A stretch of 55,183 nt of DNA from Chiloscyllium plagiosum (lineage: Eukaryota). Under the pieces are notes generated by a model. That model was not told the origin of the DNA and ran no database searches. It worked only from the letters and a program-made list of their open reading frames with translations. Position 1 is the stretch's first letter; every line of letters begins with the position of its first letter. The translations under genes were made by a program, and so were the position numbers. Location of the stretch: NCBI RefSeq assembly GCF_004010195.1, contig NC_057755.1, positions 8,073,466 to 8,128,648 on the forward strand. The letters are read 5' to 3'. Shown in pieces: positions 36,714-50,100 of the stretch.

Positions 36714-37359
36714 AGAGTCAGTACTGAGCACTGACAAATTGGAAGAATTGTCGGACGCGTTATTAACATTTGCTCCGTTCTATTTTGATGCTAAGACAAA
36801 TGCACCTGAATTTAATCAATAAATTTAAATTATGCGCAGGATAATAAAAGTGAATTAAATTTAAATTTGATTGTATTGCAAAGATTGGACTAATGGGATG
36901 TAGGAGTCATGAGGATATCTTCAGGTGGGCATTTCGGAAATTGCTCAGAGTTATATGCCAACGAAGGGAGCTAACTTCATCACTGAAAAATATAATCTCA
37001 AAGAAATCTCTCAGAAGGCAACATCTTTTAACGCCATCATTTTATATAAAGACACTCGCAGTTAAAGGTGAGAAGAAGACCCAGGAGACGAGAACAGATT
37101 CGGGAAGAACAAAGGAAGACTGGAGAAGTAGCAGGAAAAACCGACTGTGTGGACGTTAAGAGATTAAGTGTTAAATTACGGTTTTTGTTAATTGCATTAT
37201 TGGAACAGCTCAGCAGGAGAATTTTGGGCAGTTAAGTAATAGTTAGAGAGAAGATTGTTCAATTTGATAATACTTATGTTTCAGTGCTCATTGTTAGAGT
37301 TAAAAAATTAAATGCTTACTTTTTGTTATACAATGGGCATCAGGGATCTACTTTTAGTT

Positions 37360-37700
37360 ATAGAATCATAGAATCCCTGCAGTGTGGAAACAGGCCCGTC
37401 AGCGTAACAAGTCCACTCTGACCTTTCGAAGACTAACCAATCTAGACCCATTCTTCTACACTAATACACTATATGTATTCCTGGCCAATGCAGGGAACCG
37501 ACACATCCCTGAACATTTTTGGCAATTTAGCATGGCCAATTCACACAAACAGCATATTTTTGTCCTGTGCGATGAAACCAGAGGACCCGGTGCAAAAGTC
37601 AAGCAGATACGGGGGAATATGCAAGCGCCACACAGGGTGTCATCCAATGATGGAAATGAACGAGGTTTCTGGCGCTGTGAGGCAGCAGTGCTAACCACAA
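37360..37700 (-). mobile_element. tRNA-derived SINE inserted in the 3' LTR
   Basis: TGGCGCTGTGAGGCAGCAGTGCTAACCAC head and CAGTGTGGAAACAGGCCC tail on the reverse strand. Confidence 0.85.
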
Positions 37701-39029
37701 CAGCTTCAAAAGTTGATAGGGTAAGACGAGCTTCTCTGGATGTTTCAGTTTTTATTATCAGAGGGGCTTAACGTCAATATTGCAACAACAGGAAGAACAC
37801 AATTGCACGGCACCCACATTTTCAGATGGCATAAAAATACTTGGGAAGGCATCTTGGGAGAGAGATATCAACAGCTGGCAGACAAATATTGATAGTTTCC
37901 ATTAGTGAGCAAACGTTGTCGAATAGACAATTGCAAGAGAATGCGTTAGGTTGTTCATTTTGGAAGGGAAAATAAAAATATCTGCATTATTTAAACAGGG
38001 AAAGCTGCAGAAAACTGCAGTAGTAACTGACTGGCGGGAATTGTGCACGAAACGCAGAAAAGCTCGACACAGGTGCAGTAAGTAATATGGAAAACCCGGC
38101 TAGGAGGCAACTAAATAAGATAAGGATCCATAGTAGTAGCAGCAAGTTACTGGCATGATTAGCATCTTGGCTGACTGGCAGAAGATAAGATCAAGAATAA
38201 CAGGGTCTCATTCACTTTGCTTACAGTGACTTATGGAGTTTCCTCGAGGTTAGTTTGGGACCAAAAGTGTTCGTGTTTCACATGAACAATCTGTAAAAAA
38301 GTCAATGATTTGCATATGTTTGCATATGTTTCAAAGATAAATGGAGGAACAGCTAGTGTTGATAAAGAACCAAAGAACTCTCGCAAAAGTTGCATGAATG
38401 CGAATCAGGTGGCATACTTTCCTCTGGTTTTAATCGTATCTGGCACAAAGGTAAATGGGAGTGGTTGTCAGAGGTCAGTAATCTCACTTCCATGGCAGGA
38501 TACCCTCAGGGTAGTGTTCGAGTCCAAACCATCTTCAGCCAATTCATCAATGACTACAACTTATTTCGTTAACTATTGTTGTTACAACATGAGTTCAGTA
38601 ACTTGGAATACAATGGCCAGCAACTCACCACCTTACTCCCCATGCTTGTCCACTACCTAGAATGAAATGTAAATGAATACACCCCACATAGCTGGATTGT
38701 TGCGTTTTCATCAAAACTCACTGTGCTCTGCATATTTGCTTTTTATAAAGGTAAGATGAGACTGACGTTGATTTTGCAGTGTGCAATTTTTGGATTTTAC
38801 TTACGAGGTATTATTTCCACTCTAACCTGGTTCACCAGCTCCCCATATTAAACACGCACGCTCTTCCTACATCCCATCAGCGTTCTGAAGATTGATGTGT
38901 CTATATGTTTGTATACATTACTACAATGTGTTGAACAGAAATGTATACTGTAGTCAAGCTGCATTCTGGGACTTGAACCAATGGGCGTGCTCATGTGAAA
39001 AATTGAGAGAGCACGTGACCGACTTACTC

Positions 39030-39600
39030 AATGTGTGTGTGCGTGAGCGTATTTTTTTCTGTATGCGCGCGCTCGTGCGTGTCTGTGAGAGAAAGTGAGA
39101 GAACAGAGAGGGATGAATAGAAGCCCGGAATGAGATCGACAAAGAGACAAAGGGAGAATGTCGCAGAGATAAAGATAGACAGCGGAAGTGAGCAGGAGCG
39201 GTAGAGAGAGGGAGAGAGAAGAGAGAGGGAGAGATAGATAAATCAATAAATAGAGATAAATAAGACAGATACTGAAGGAGAGGGATACAGTGTGCGAGAG
39301 ATATATAACAAGTTACTAATCAAGACAGGGACAGAGAAAGATAAACTAAGATAGAGCAAGAGAGAGAGAGAGATAAAAGACACAGTGAGAGAGTGAGGGA
39401 GATGGAGATAGTGAAAGAGACAAAGACACAGAGAGATAAAAAGGCAGACAGAGATACAGAGCCAGGCAAACAGAGATAGACGTACAGTGAGAAAGAGAGG
39501 GAGAGAGAATGACAGTGACAAACTAAGAGAGATACAACGAGAGGGAAAGGGAGACAGGGACAGAGAAAGAGAATGATTGACAGAGACAAATACAAACAAG
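39030..39600. repeat. GA-rich low-complexity tract downstream of GPCR gene C
   Basis: Cryptic (GA)n/(GACA)n, resuming at ~40280-40360 after a Penelope fragment. Confidence 0.75.
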
Positions 39601-40275
39601 CAGACAACACACTTCCAGAAACAATAGCCACTCTCCCCTATTCAAAGACATTTCGGAAATGACCGCCAGACTACTCAGACCCCTTGGCATCATGGAAGCC
39701 TACAATACCACGAACACACTAAAACTGCATTTAATAAACTTGAAAGACTCAATACAGACAGCAAGCAAAATTAATGTAATTTACAAAACACATTGAAAAC
39801 AATACATTGGACAAACAGTCAGAAAGCTAGTCACAGCATACACGAATGCCAACTTACAACAAAAAAATATCAACTCTCACTAGTATCCTTACAGACGGAT
39901 GAGGAATGACACCAATCAATCGGGACAACATATCCATCTTAGGCCAAGCAAAACAGAGACGTGCACGAATATTTCTAGAAGCATGGCATTCTAACTGGAA
40001 CTCTATCAACATTCGCATTGACTTTGATCGCATTTATCACCTCCTGATATAAAGAAAAGGAAATGGCATCACCATAGAAAATAATGTCATCACAGGAAAT
40101 GAGATTATCAACCAAATGAAAGCCAAACACACAAATAGAACGCGGGAGACACGATCAGTGTTTCATTTGGAGGCTCACGTAAGATGTTATCCAGAATAGT
40201 GATGAAACGTGTGAAAACGAACCTTGCAGCTCAGAGAGCAAACCTGTATCAAGAACCTCAATCTTCTCAAATCTG
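39600..40275 (+). mobile_element. Decayed Penelope-like element (GIY-YIG domain and 3' UTR)
   Basis: KINVIYK..YIGQTVRKL..ILGQAKQRRARIFLEAWHSNWNSIN. Confidence 0.75.
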
Positions 40276-40438
40276 GCTAGCAGAGACAAAGACAATGAGA
40301 GGGAGAAATAAAAAGCGCAGACAGAACCGGACAAAGAGATTGAGAGAGGGAGAGAAGGCAACATCCTTGCAATGGTAATAGATAGAAGGTGGGCTCAAGG
40401 ATAGACACAATCAGCCTTTCCCTTATTGTAATGAAGCG

Positions 40439-40444
40439 TTTATT
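40439..40444 (-). promoter_or_regulatory. Putative polyadenylation signal of GPCR gene C
   Basis: AATAAA on minus ~680 nt after the stop, aligned with the other two copies. Confidence 0.6.
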
Positions 40445-41125
40445 GTGAGATGAACTGAGAGTGTCTGATATGCATCCTGGTGCAGGAGGGATTGCTTCTG
40501 ACCCCACCACTCCTCTCCTGCAGAGGATAAAGCAGATACTCCTCGTGCTAGTCTTTAACACTCATCCACATGGTAGTCTGTGAAGACTCGATATTCCAGC
40601 CGAACACATCACTCACAGGCAGTCTATCATTTATAATCACTCCTGCGATGTCTATCCATCCTAAATTTCCCTGAATAGTCACCTCTTGACCCTAACTTGC
40701 CGCCTTTGTCAAGTCCATCAACCTTTATGAACGGGGAAGTGGAGCAAGTTTGAAAACTCTGGGGAATGGAGTGGTAATCAAAGGTAGATGTGCATGTCGA
40801 TCTGACGTTGCAGTGGAATGTGCTGTGATCTTCTGAAAAGATGGGTGAACCAGGCTCGAGGAGCTGAATAGCCCACTGATCTTCATTGCTTGTCTGTCCA
40901 CATGTGTGTCAACACGACAATCAATCAGAGATAGCAACGTCTTCCTGAACGTGTTGAATGTTGACCCAATCTGCTAAGCAGCCTCTCCATCCCCCGCTGA
41001 GCGTTCTAGTCAAATCCATGTGATTGTGCTGTCCGAAGCTTGGCCGTATATATTCAATTCCTGCACTGGGAAAACTGCAACTGCAACCACTCTCAGCTGC
41101 TTTTGATAATCCTGAAGTGAGCAAT

Positions 41126-41991
41126 TTACTTGACTAGTTGTTGCACTGCATTCCTGAACTTCGCTCTGAACTTAGGCAGAGTCACTGCGTAAAATAATGT
41201 GTTCGTGCTGCAGCTAATATCCTTGAGCAAATCTCCGACTTCTACAATAACAAGTCCCTGCCCAAGACGTGTTCCATTAACCTTATAGTAGAAAAAGTTT
41301 GTACTGTACACTAACCACAATAATATAAAGCTGATGGATACTGTAAAGAGGGAAATCACCGAATTCCTTCGGTTGTCCAACTCTGTGTCTTTATGACTCT
41401 GTCCAGTTCTTGGACTCCTCAATCTCTTGCTGGCTTGACTGGCCACAAAAATGTGCCTGACCGTTATAGTGTTCATCAACAGAATTAACACGAACGGAAT
41501 GAAAGGTGTTAAAATATTATCTAACCACTGAAATCCCAGCCATCTGAGATCATAAAAGTAGCTTGACTTTGTTTGGCAGTACATTGGAACATTGTCAATT
41601 ATCGTTGAATGGTGAAACCGAAAATAGAAGGGAATGTTTTTTGCACAGAACAGAATGACAATTACAGTGAGAGCCACAGCCAAGGCTTTCTCTGTCCAAT
41701 ATTTTTTCTTCAGTTTCTGGCAGCAAATGACCACAAATCGATCAAACGAGAAAAGGACAGTGAACCAGACAGAACAGTCTGTGGCTGCATGAGCGACGAC
41801 AAAAACAGCACTACACACAGGGGTGATGTCCAGGAAACATTTTGGAAGGTGATATCGATTGAATTCCCACAGTATGAGATGAATTAGAATGAACAGTAGA
41901 TCCGCTGTTGCCATGGCCATTAGGCATCGAGTTGTGCAACTGGAGAGGCCACACTTTCCACTTGCAAGAACCAAAACCACTATTGAATTAA
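41126..41991 (-). CDS. GPR139/GPR142-like class A GPCR gene C, exon 2 (866 nt; protein 310 aa with exon 1)
   Basis: Open frame with GKCGLSSCTTR, MATADLL, SVWFTVLFSFDRF, PFIPF and CSTNTLFY. CTTACAG acceptor (AG at 41993-41992). TAA at 41128-41126. Confidence 0.92.
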
Positions 41992-42692
41992 CTGTAAGAG
42001 ATAGGAATTAAAAACAAAAAACAGAAATTATTGATAAAATATTTTTTGCGTCTGCCCAGAAGGCAGCAAATGATCTTAGTATCTAAATGGGTTAGTTAGG
42101 ACGTGCCTGATGTCAATTATAGAAATAACATCTCCGAACATGACTCATTTCCAAGCTGCACATTCCTAGGTTTAAGTAAGTGAGGATAGGGTGTAGCTCT
42201 AAGATGAAAGTTGAGAAGTTTAGAGGCTATTGGGGGAAAAAGGTTTTCACTAAATAGTAACGGATTCGTGAAATGCATTGATTGGAGAAGTAGGAAATCT
42301 AAAAATGTTTAGGACGACTGCCAGTTAAGTCACTGTTCAGCACAGCTTCACCTGTAGAAGGATCACAGGGTCAAAAAGTTAACTCTGCCTTCTCCCCGCA
42401 AATGCTACCACGCCAGTGAGTTTTCTCTGGCAATTTTTGTTTATTTTTGATATGTTTCATTAAGGCTGCAAATCTTAGTGTTAATCTGCTTTGACTCTTT
42501 AACTCTGACCGTCTGGGGTTCAAAAATTCGTAAAAGGAGTTGTCCACTCAGGCCTTTAGGCCTGCTCTCCCATTTGACATTGTGGTGGTTGGTTCTCAAC
42601 ATCAGTGATTGTTTTCTCTCCATTGACCTTGGTGCCGTCAAAATCAGCAAACTTATCTATTGCATACCCCAGAAACCATACTCAGAGTATAG

Positions 42693-42694
42693 GG

Positions 42695-42786
<92 letters not shown>
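42693..42786. repeat. (GA)n microsatellite in the intron of gene C
   Basis: Near-perfect GA dinucleotide run. Confidence 0.95.
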
Positions 42787-43094
42787 TGGCATATTGGAGA
42801 CCGGAAACGTTATCTCTTTTTGAATCACAGTACCATCAAGGTCTGAAACACTTTGAGGACAATGAAGCTGGAGTCACACACTAAGACTCGTTTTTTGCTG
42901 ACTTTCTGTTTGGTGTCAACTAAATAACACACTGACAGTACTCTTACTTTAGCTGACTTGCCACGAGATCATTTTCTCATCAGCAATATCGAACAATATT
43001 TTCTGGAAATGAGCAGTCTAAATGCACAGTGTGAAGTAATGGCTGAATTTGCAAACACAAATAGGACGGTACCCAATGCCGTATATTCATATTG

Positions 43095-44070
43095 AATCTA
43101 ACAGCATGGAAAGAGACCCTTGTGTGCGTCTCATCTATGTCAACCCGATATCATAAATTGATCTAGTCCTATTTGACAGCATTTGGTCCATATCCTATTT
43201 ATGTACCAAACCAGATGCTGTTTCAATGTTGGCATTGTACCAGCCTCCAGCACTTACTCTGGTAGCTTATCCCATAAATGCACCATCTTCTGCATGACCC
43301 TCAGGCTACTTATAAATCTTTACCATCGCAACGTAAACCTATGTGCTTGAGTTTTCGACTCCCTACATTGTGAAAAAAAGACATTGCTTATTCCCTCTAT
43401 CCACGCCCCTCATGAATTTATAAATGTCTATCAGGTTACCTCTCAGCCTTTAATGCACCAGGCAAAATAGCGCCAGCCTACTCAGCTTCTCTCGAAAGCT
43501 CAAATCCTTCAATTCTGGTGGTAGCCTTCTCAATCTTTTGTGATCAGATACAAGCTTAAAATATCTTTGCAATATCAGGGAGATGAAAATAGAATGCAAC
43601 ATTTTAAAAGTGAGCTCACTAATGTCTTGTGCAGCTTCAACATGGCGGCCCAACTCCTGCACTCAGTGCACTGAGAATGAAGGTGAGCGTGCCAAACACC
43701 TTCTTTATTATTCTGTCTGCCTGAAGCCTGCAGCTTATCCGTATTTTCTCGCAAACATTCTCCAGCGACTCAACATTAACTGTATAAGCCCAGTCCTGTT
43801 TTACCTGATCAAAGTACAACAGTTCATATATATCTGAATTAAACTCCATCTGCTACTTCTCAGTCCAATTCCAATCTGATAAAGGTGCCACTATACTCTG
43901 AAGTAAACTTCTGCACTGTCCGCTGCACCACTTATTTTGATGTCATCTGCAAACTTCCAAGCCATACCTGCTATGTAAACATGAAAAAATTTCTAAAAAT
44001 GATGAAAAGCAGTGGAACCAGCATTCACGGCAGGCTGCTGGTCACAAGCATCCAGATGGAACACAACAGT
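43095..44070 (-). mobile_element. CR1-type LINE fragment in the intron of gene C
   Basis: KFADDIK, MEFNSD and LKDLSFREKLSRLALF motifs. Confidence 0.8.
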
Positions 44071-44154
44071 TGAACTAGTAGGTTGCATTCATTCCAACAT
44101 CCCCAAAGCTGTGAAATATCTCAGCACGTTTTAAGAATGCCTATATTTAGGGAA

Positions 44155-44206
44155 GTGTGTGTGTGTGTGTGTGTGTGGGGAGGGGGGGGGGGGGGGGGGG
44201 GCGGGG
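44155..44206. repeat. (TG)n followed by a G20 homopolymer
   Basis: Directly visible. G run at 44182-44201. Confidence 0.9.
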
Positions 44207-45351
44207 AGCAGTTTGCAATATATTGAAATATGGCAAGCAATACATGCGTTTGGAAATTAGGGCAGACTCTCGGACTACTCTCAGAATCAGACAGAAATGA
44301 CTGGTGGTGGTGCAATCTGAATTTCTCATGCCTCAGGAAACGACAGATACTGAGAAGGAGAATCCTTGAAAGGTAAGCTCAACCAGCGTAGGATTTGGAC
44401 ACACGCTGGTGATTATTAATTTTCATTGCAAGGTAGCAATCCAGCCAGTTGTGCAAACCGACCCCGAAACACCAAGATCCTCATTAAGGTGAAAATGATA
44501 TGTACATTGCCAAGGGCACAGTCCATCAATTTGTTCAGAAGGTTGACTTTCACTAAGACTACTTTAAAAACCAAGATACAAATGGGATCAATGTTTTTGC
44601 GAGATCAGGGGAACAGGTTCACAAATTTATAAACTAATGTTAACAGGGCAACAAAACCAAAACATTGCTAAATTAGGATAATTAGGGTCCATTTCCAGAA
44701 GGAAATCGAAATGCAAAAAGTTAATATTCCTCTATGTCGAAGCCTTCGTGTGTGCATGTTTTGTTTACCGGATGTAGTTCTGGATATCATATCACAACAA
44801 CATGATTTGATCCACTGGAAAACGTATGACTATTCGATGGAGAATGATAACTGAACTGAGAAACATTTTTTTCATTATTAAGGGCAAAAAACTAATAATT
44901 AAACTCTCCATGTTAATATAATGGCTAACTTCAGAGACACAAAGAGGTACACTGGTTAATTACTCAGAAAACTGAAACCGGTACAAAACCGACCGAAATG
45001 TCATTATCCTCACTACATTAAAAATCCATAGATTGTATTACACTATTCCAAAGTGACTACTTCAATGAATTCTATTGAAACGTTCTGAGTCACCGATAAA
45101 AGGGAAGATTTCCAGAAGGTTCCAGGAGGAGATTAATTGTACAGCAGAAATTCAATTCACCAAATAATTCTTGCAGAGTCTACAATGTTGGGGATTCCGA
45201 AGGGAAACTGGAATCTGAGTCTAAATCACCGATCATCTGCTCCTCTGTCGGGGCGGTCAGAACATGCCTATGTATCATTGTTAGTGGGAGAGAGAAAACG
45301 TTGTGAATTCTCAGACATATTCACGCGCATTCAGAGGTACAAGGCACTTAC

Positions 45352-45418
45352 CAGGAATTGTTAGAATAGGAAGGATCAGGTAACATATTTTCCTTGCATG
45401 ATAAATTAGGTGATGCAT
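45352..45418 (-). CDS. GPCR gene C, exon 1 (67 nt, MHHLIYHARKICYLILPILTIP + G)
   Basis: ATG at 45418, donor G|GTAAGT. The phase-1 join gives IP-V-NSIV. Homologous to 12866-12800. Confidence 0.88.
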
Positions 45419-45472
45419 TTTCTCTGCGAATCCCTTTGCGCAGGCAATCTCTCTACACGAAATGCTACGGCA

Positions 45473-45520
45473 TTATATACCCAAACCGTTTCATTTAGAC
45501 CTGATGCATCTCCTGGGGAC
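45473..45520 (-). promoter_or_regulatory. Candidate proximal promoter of gene C: TATATAA (45479-45473) and O/E-like GTCCCCAGGAG (45520-45510)
   Basis: TATA-like box ~55-60 nt upstream of the ATG. The O/E-like site aligns with gene A. Confidence 0.4.
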
Positions 45521-46619
45521 AGACACCTACCACGCCATTCAATTGTATTGTTTCAGAATTTGAAAAAACAGGTGACGCCATTGAGATGACCTCAAATGGA
45601 AACAAATTATTCTTCAAACTGAGGTTTACTGGATGATGCAAATCTCAATCGGACAAAATCAAATATAGGAAAATACGTCTATGTAACCCAAACATTAGCC
45701 ATCTAAATTTCAATTTTCTTTTATTTGCTGTGTCGTCCTTCCCTTGACATGACAAATTAAGAATCAAATTAAGGTTGTTAAGTGTCTCTCTGAGTGCTGT
45801 AGTCCTCAACGCTGTTTTGTGGCTTCTCTGTTTAGCAGCAGCTCATCCGTGAAGAGATAATAGTTGTTTAATTGAGATGATGCATTGTAGGTGTTAATCA
45901 AATTCAATATCACAATAGAATTCCTTGCTGTACACAATAGCGTCTCAATACACTATAACTTCACAAATTAAAACAGAACTTTAAACAAGTCACAGAGATA
46001 TAACCTTAACGGTTGCATAAGCTTCAATAAATACAGATTCTCCTGCAAGTTGTAAGAGTTCTGTGGATTTTTCAGAGCTGACGTCTAGAGACACATGAAA
46101 GCTCTACAGCAGCAGCTGGGAGTTAATATTTCTCTGTTCTCCACAGTATTTTCGACATGTTCAGTGAATAAAATTAAACAACTGACTGATGAAGTGATGG
46201 AGTTATTTGAAGAGACACGGAGAAATGAGACAAGGGAGCAAATGGCAGTGGCAAGAATGTAGATGTGTCAAAAACCAGTATTATTCAATTTTGAGTCAAA
46301 TTTGTCAGCGAGCTCAAGTCGTGTTGGGGAAACGGGATTAGTGCCATGACTGGTAAGGGACAGAAAACATAAAATGTGAATAAACATGTGTTTTTCATGT
46401 TGTCAGGGCGGATTTAATGTGTGCCACAAGGTTCATTAATTGAGGCAAAGCTGCTTATTATCTCTGTCAATGACTGAAATGATGTGATCATGTGTTTCAT
46501 TTTCTGAGAAAACCGTTAAGACAGTTAAATAAAGAACGAAACAGAACCCTTGAAAATTAGAGGTACCGGTTCAGTGAGCAAGTGAGAAAGAACCAATCTG
46601 TGCAACGTGAACTAGAGAC

Positions 46620-46755
46620 CTGATCATTCCTGATGAACAGCTTGTGCTCTAAACGGCGAATTTCCTGCTCCTCAGACGCTGCCTGGCTGGCTGTGCTTTT
46701 CCATCACTGCGCTTTTCGACTCTGATCTCTAAACCTGCAGTCCTCAATTCATCTA
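46620..46755 (+). mobile_element. Short Penelope-derived 3' end with a degenerate hammerhead motif
   Basis: TTCCTGATGAACAGCTTGTGCTCTAAACGGCG..GCTGCCTGGCTGGCTGTGCTTTTCCA. Confidence 0.65.
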
Positions 46756-47183
46756 GATTAATATGAAGCATTGTTCTTCATTTCAATCTTGAAAGGATGT
46801 CAGACTATTCGTGGATTTGAAGGTAATGATCCTCGTCTGAGTTCAAAAAGCAACAAGAAGCCTTTCTGAGCAGTTATTCCATAAATTTCCATTTTTCTCT
46901 TTTGAACTTTACTCCTCTCAAATCTTTCTAAAGTTCATTTCACGCCTTCATTATTGAACCGTTGTTATCCACCTTTCATTCCCTTCAACATGCGCTGCCC
47001 TTAAATGGATTAGGGCTCCCAAGCCTCTATTTTTCTTGCATTTCCCTATTAATGAAGCCAATGCCGATGCTGCATTCGCATCAAATGTAATTGGACTAAA
47101 TTAAAATGGCTGACTGACGGACCCTTTCAGGATCATCATTCCTGACTTGACACACTCGAGAATGATATGTTTTCTCAATTGTG

Positions 47184-50100
47184 CACCAATTCACGGTGGT
47201 GAAGATTTCTGTTAACTGAACCACCCAGATAAGCTTGCCTTGCCTCGTAATCTGTTAAAATATGAGTGAAGGAGAATTCGCACAATAGACAGTTTATCAA
47301 CTTATAATTTCACTTTCAAAGTGGACTTTAAGCAGTAACTATTCACAACTCTCAGCTCCCCTTTCTCTTAACTGCTTATTACCAGTCTTCAACTCTATAA
47401 CAAGATACTGTTCCAATTAAACACTTAGAAAATTACCATGACCTATGTTATATCAACTTAATTTCAATAGCACAGCCGCTGCCGCCTTTGACGTCTTTCT
47501 TCTTTCGGCTGCATATATCTATGGGTCATTTTTTCTGTTTCATTTGAAAAGGTACCTTTGGCAGAGAGTGTTTCAATATCTTGGGTTTTTCTTGATGGCA
47601 GTTACTCTGTTTGATTTTCAAAGTCCTTGTCTTTTTATAACCCCAACATCGGATCATCTCATTGCATCGAAGTTGATAAAACAATAAACACGAACGCCAT
47701 TCGGTTTTACCATCCGGAGGCATAATTTGAAATGATTGGTTAAATTCGAATTGTCGTCAAAATAGCAAACAAACAGGTACCCATTTCACAGTCAAGTGTT
47801 ACTTATTTTCTGTTTTCCAGTACACTCTACGACTGCTAGCTTGTCATACGACAGGTCCTTGGATTCTCTCAGTGCAGAGCAATATTCACTCTATCTTAAA
47901 GGTTCAGCAGATGCCTTCAATTTCATAGCACCTCCTTCATTCCTTTTTTTCTAAATCTTAACTCTATTACAACGAAATGCATGGTTCATTAACATAAGTT
48001 CATATTAATTTCTGCTCACACACATACAAATATACACACACACACATGCGCGCACACACACACACATCTATATTTTGTACTACATCGGTATCTGTTCAAT
48101 GTTTTCTGCACTTTATCCATTAAATCCACGATAACGCATCTGTTCTCGCATTTTTATGAGACAGAACATAAACAAATTGTCAATTCAGTGTCTGTAAACT
48201 AAGATTCAAATGAAATAGTCTCATATTTTATTTTTAATTTGTTCCAAGAACATAAGAGCATTGTGATCCGTCGATACATCTGTCTTCAAAGCATTGTTCA
48301 TCGCGTAAATATTAAAATATTGTAAGACTAATGCCAAACTTCTATTTTCTCTGGTGAGTGTGAAGGTTTTTTGAAAAGTAGCAAATTGATCATTCAATTC
48401 CATCATCATCTTCTTGTAGCAATGGAGCTGCAACAATATATCGCTAGTATCGATTGCAACTTTAATGATTTTTAAATTAAGTAGCTAAAAGTGATGTGTT
48501 GGTTAATACTGCTTTTAAATTCTCAAATTCGACCTGGCATTGTTCTGCCACCTAAATTTTGCATTCTTATTTCTTCAATCCATTAGCAGTGACACCACCT
48601 GCTGAAGTTCCTCGCAAACATCTCCCAGAATCCACTTAATCGCAAAAAAATGGAACTACCTCTTTCCTTGAGGATCGTCTTGGAATTTCCTCAATGGCAT
48701 TTGTCTTCACGCTTCTTTTTGTTAGCCTTCCATGACCTATGTTATATCCCAAGAACATCAACTCTACATTTGCGAATTCTGTTTCCTTTAAGTTATTGCC
48801 AGTGTTACTCTCGTAATCGTGAAAAGACATATGCCAACTGTAACATGTGATCTTTCCATTAATCGCTAAAGATCGCTATATCATCCAGATAAACTGCACA
48901 GTTTTTTAACACCAGCTGAAACGGTGTTCATGAGCCTTTGGAATGTGGCAGGTGTGTTCTTTATTCTAAAAGGTATTAATTTGAAGTGGTACTACACATT
49001 TGGCGTTATAAATGCAGAAATTTCTTTCGCTTTCTCTCAGAAAGATATTTGCCAATAACCATGCATTTTCTGAAGTAAGTGCCTTGTTCGAATTTCCTGT
49101 TGAGTCCTTCCAGTCTTGGTATAAGTTATGAGTCCGATTTTCGTACACTGTTGAACTTTTGATAGTCCACTCCAAATTGTTGGATCCCAACAAGTTTGAG
49201 ACCTAACACGACTGGTTAACTCTGATTTGGCTCGATGATACCTTCACTGAACATCACATCCACTTCCGCTGGACCTCCCTGCTTTTGAATGGATTAAGTC
49301 TGGAGGGAATGTTGCTTTACTGGAACAAAATTCCCTACTTCCACCTCATGCACAATAGTATTAGTCGTCCCGATCCTGCTCCTGCATGTATACTCAACCT
49401 GCTGCCACAAATCTTTCAACTCTGTTCTTTCATCCTGAGGCAGAGATTTCACTAACCTACACCACTCCACAAGTACGGCCTCATTTACAAAATTATTTTT
49501 ATACATATCAGCCTCCATGCAATCTGGAATTGATTCTTTACTCTACAGGGCAGTAACTAATACCTGTTTCTCAATTTCCCTGTTTCTATTATTAAGAATT
49601 CAACATATCGAAATAACATACGATAATTTTTCCTTTCTCTCCAGCATCTTTACCAGATAGTTTAACTGACTTAATTACATAGGGACTACTGATCCTGGCT
49701 CTGATGGGATATACTGTCACTGGTAAAAATTCTAATACATCAGCCCACTGGAAAACATCCGACTTTTAGAGGTTTATCTGCGCTGTACGCTCTTGAAGTG
49801 TGAAATCAAATAGCTGATTTAATCTCTCCCTCACCTCCAATACACAGTACAAGTGTGAGATTCCTGACATTCGTGCTGTTACTTTTTCTTTAATTAATTT
49901 CGGAGGCACTCACACTTCATGTCCGAATATTAACTCAAAGGGTGTAAACTCATGGCTTCCTTTGGGTCATCACGCATGGCAAACAATACGAATGGAATCA
50001 CTTTAGAACAAACATTCGTGCAATCCTCACAGTATGCTCTTAATATCGTTTTTGGGCCTTAAATCACCTTTCCAAAGCTCTCTGGGATTCAGGATCATAC

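Larger units (their letters stand above)
23976..37787 (+). mobile_element. Decayed Gmr1-like LTR retrotransposon (outer): 5' LTR 23976-24862, 3' LTR 35784-37787, interrupted by nested insertions
   Basis: Both LTRs start TGTTATGAA and share blocks (CTGTGTGGAC.TTAAGAGATTAAG; GAGCTTCTCTGG..TTATCAGAGG). PBS-like TGGGGGCTC at ~24867. Gag at ~25070-25480 resumes at 33083. Integrase Zn finger GHLGLNKTQAKI at ~33980, RT/RNase H at ~34300-35620. Confidence 0.8.
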
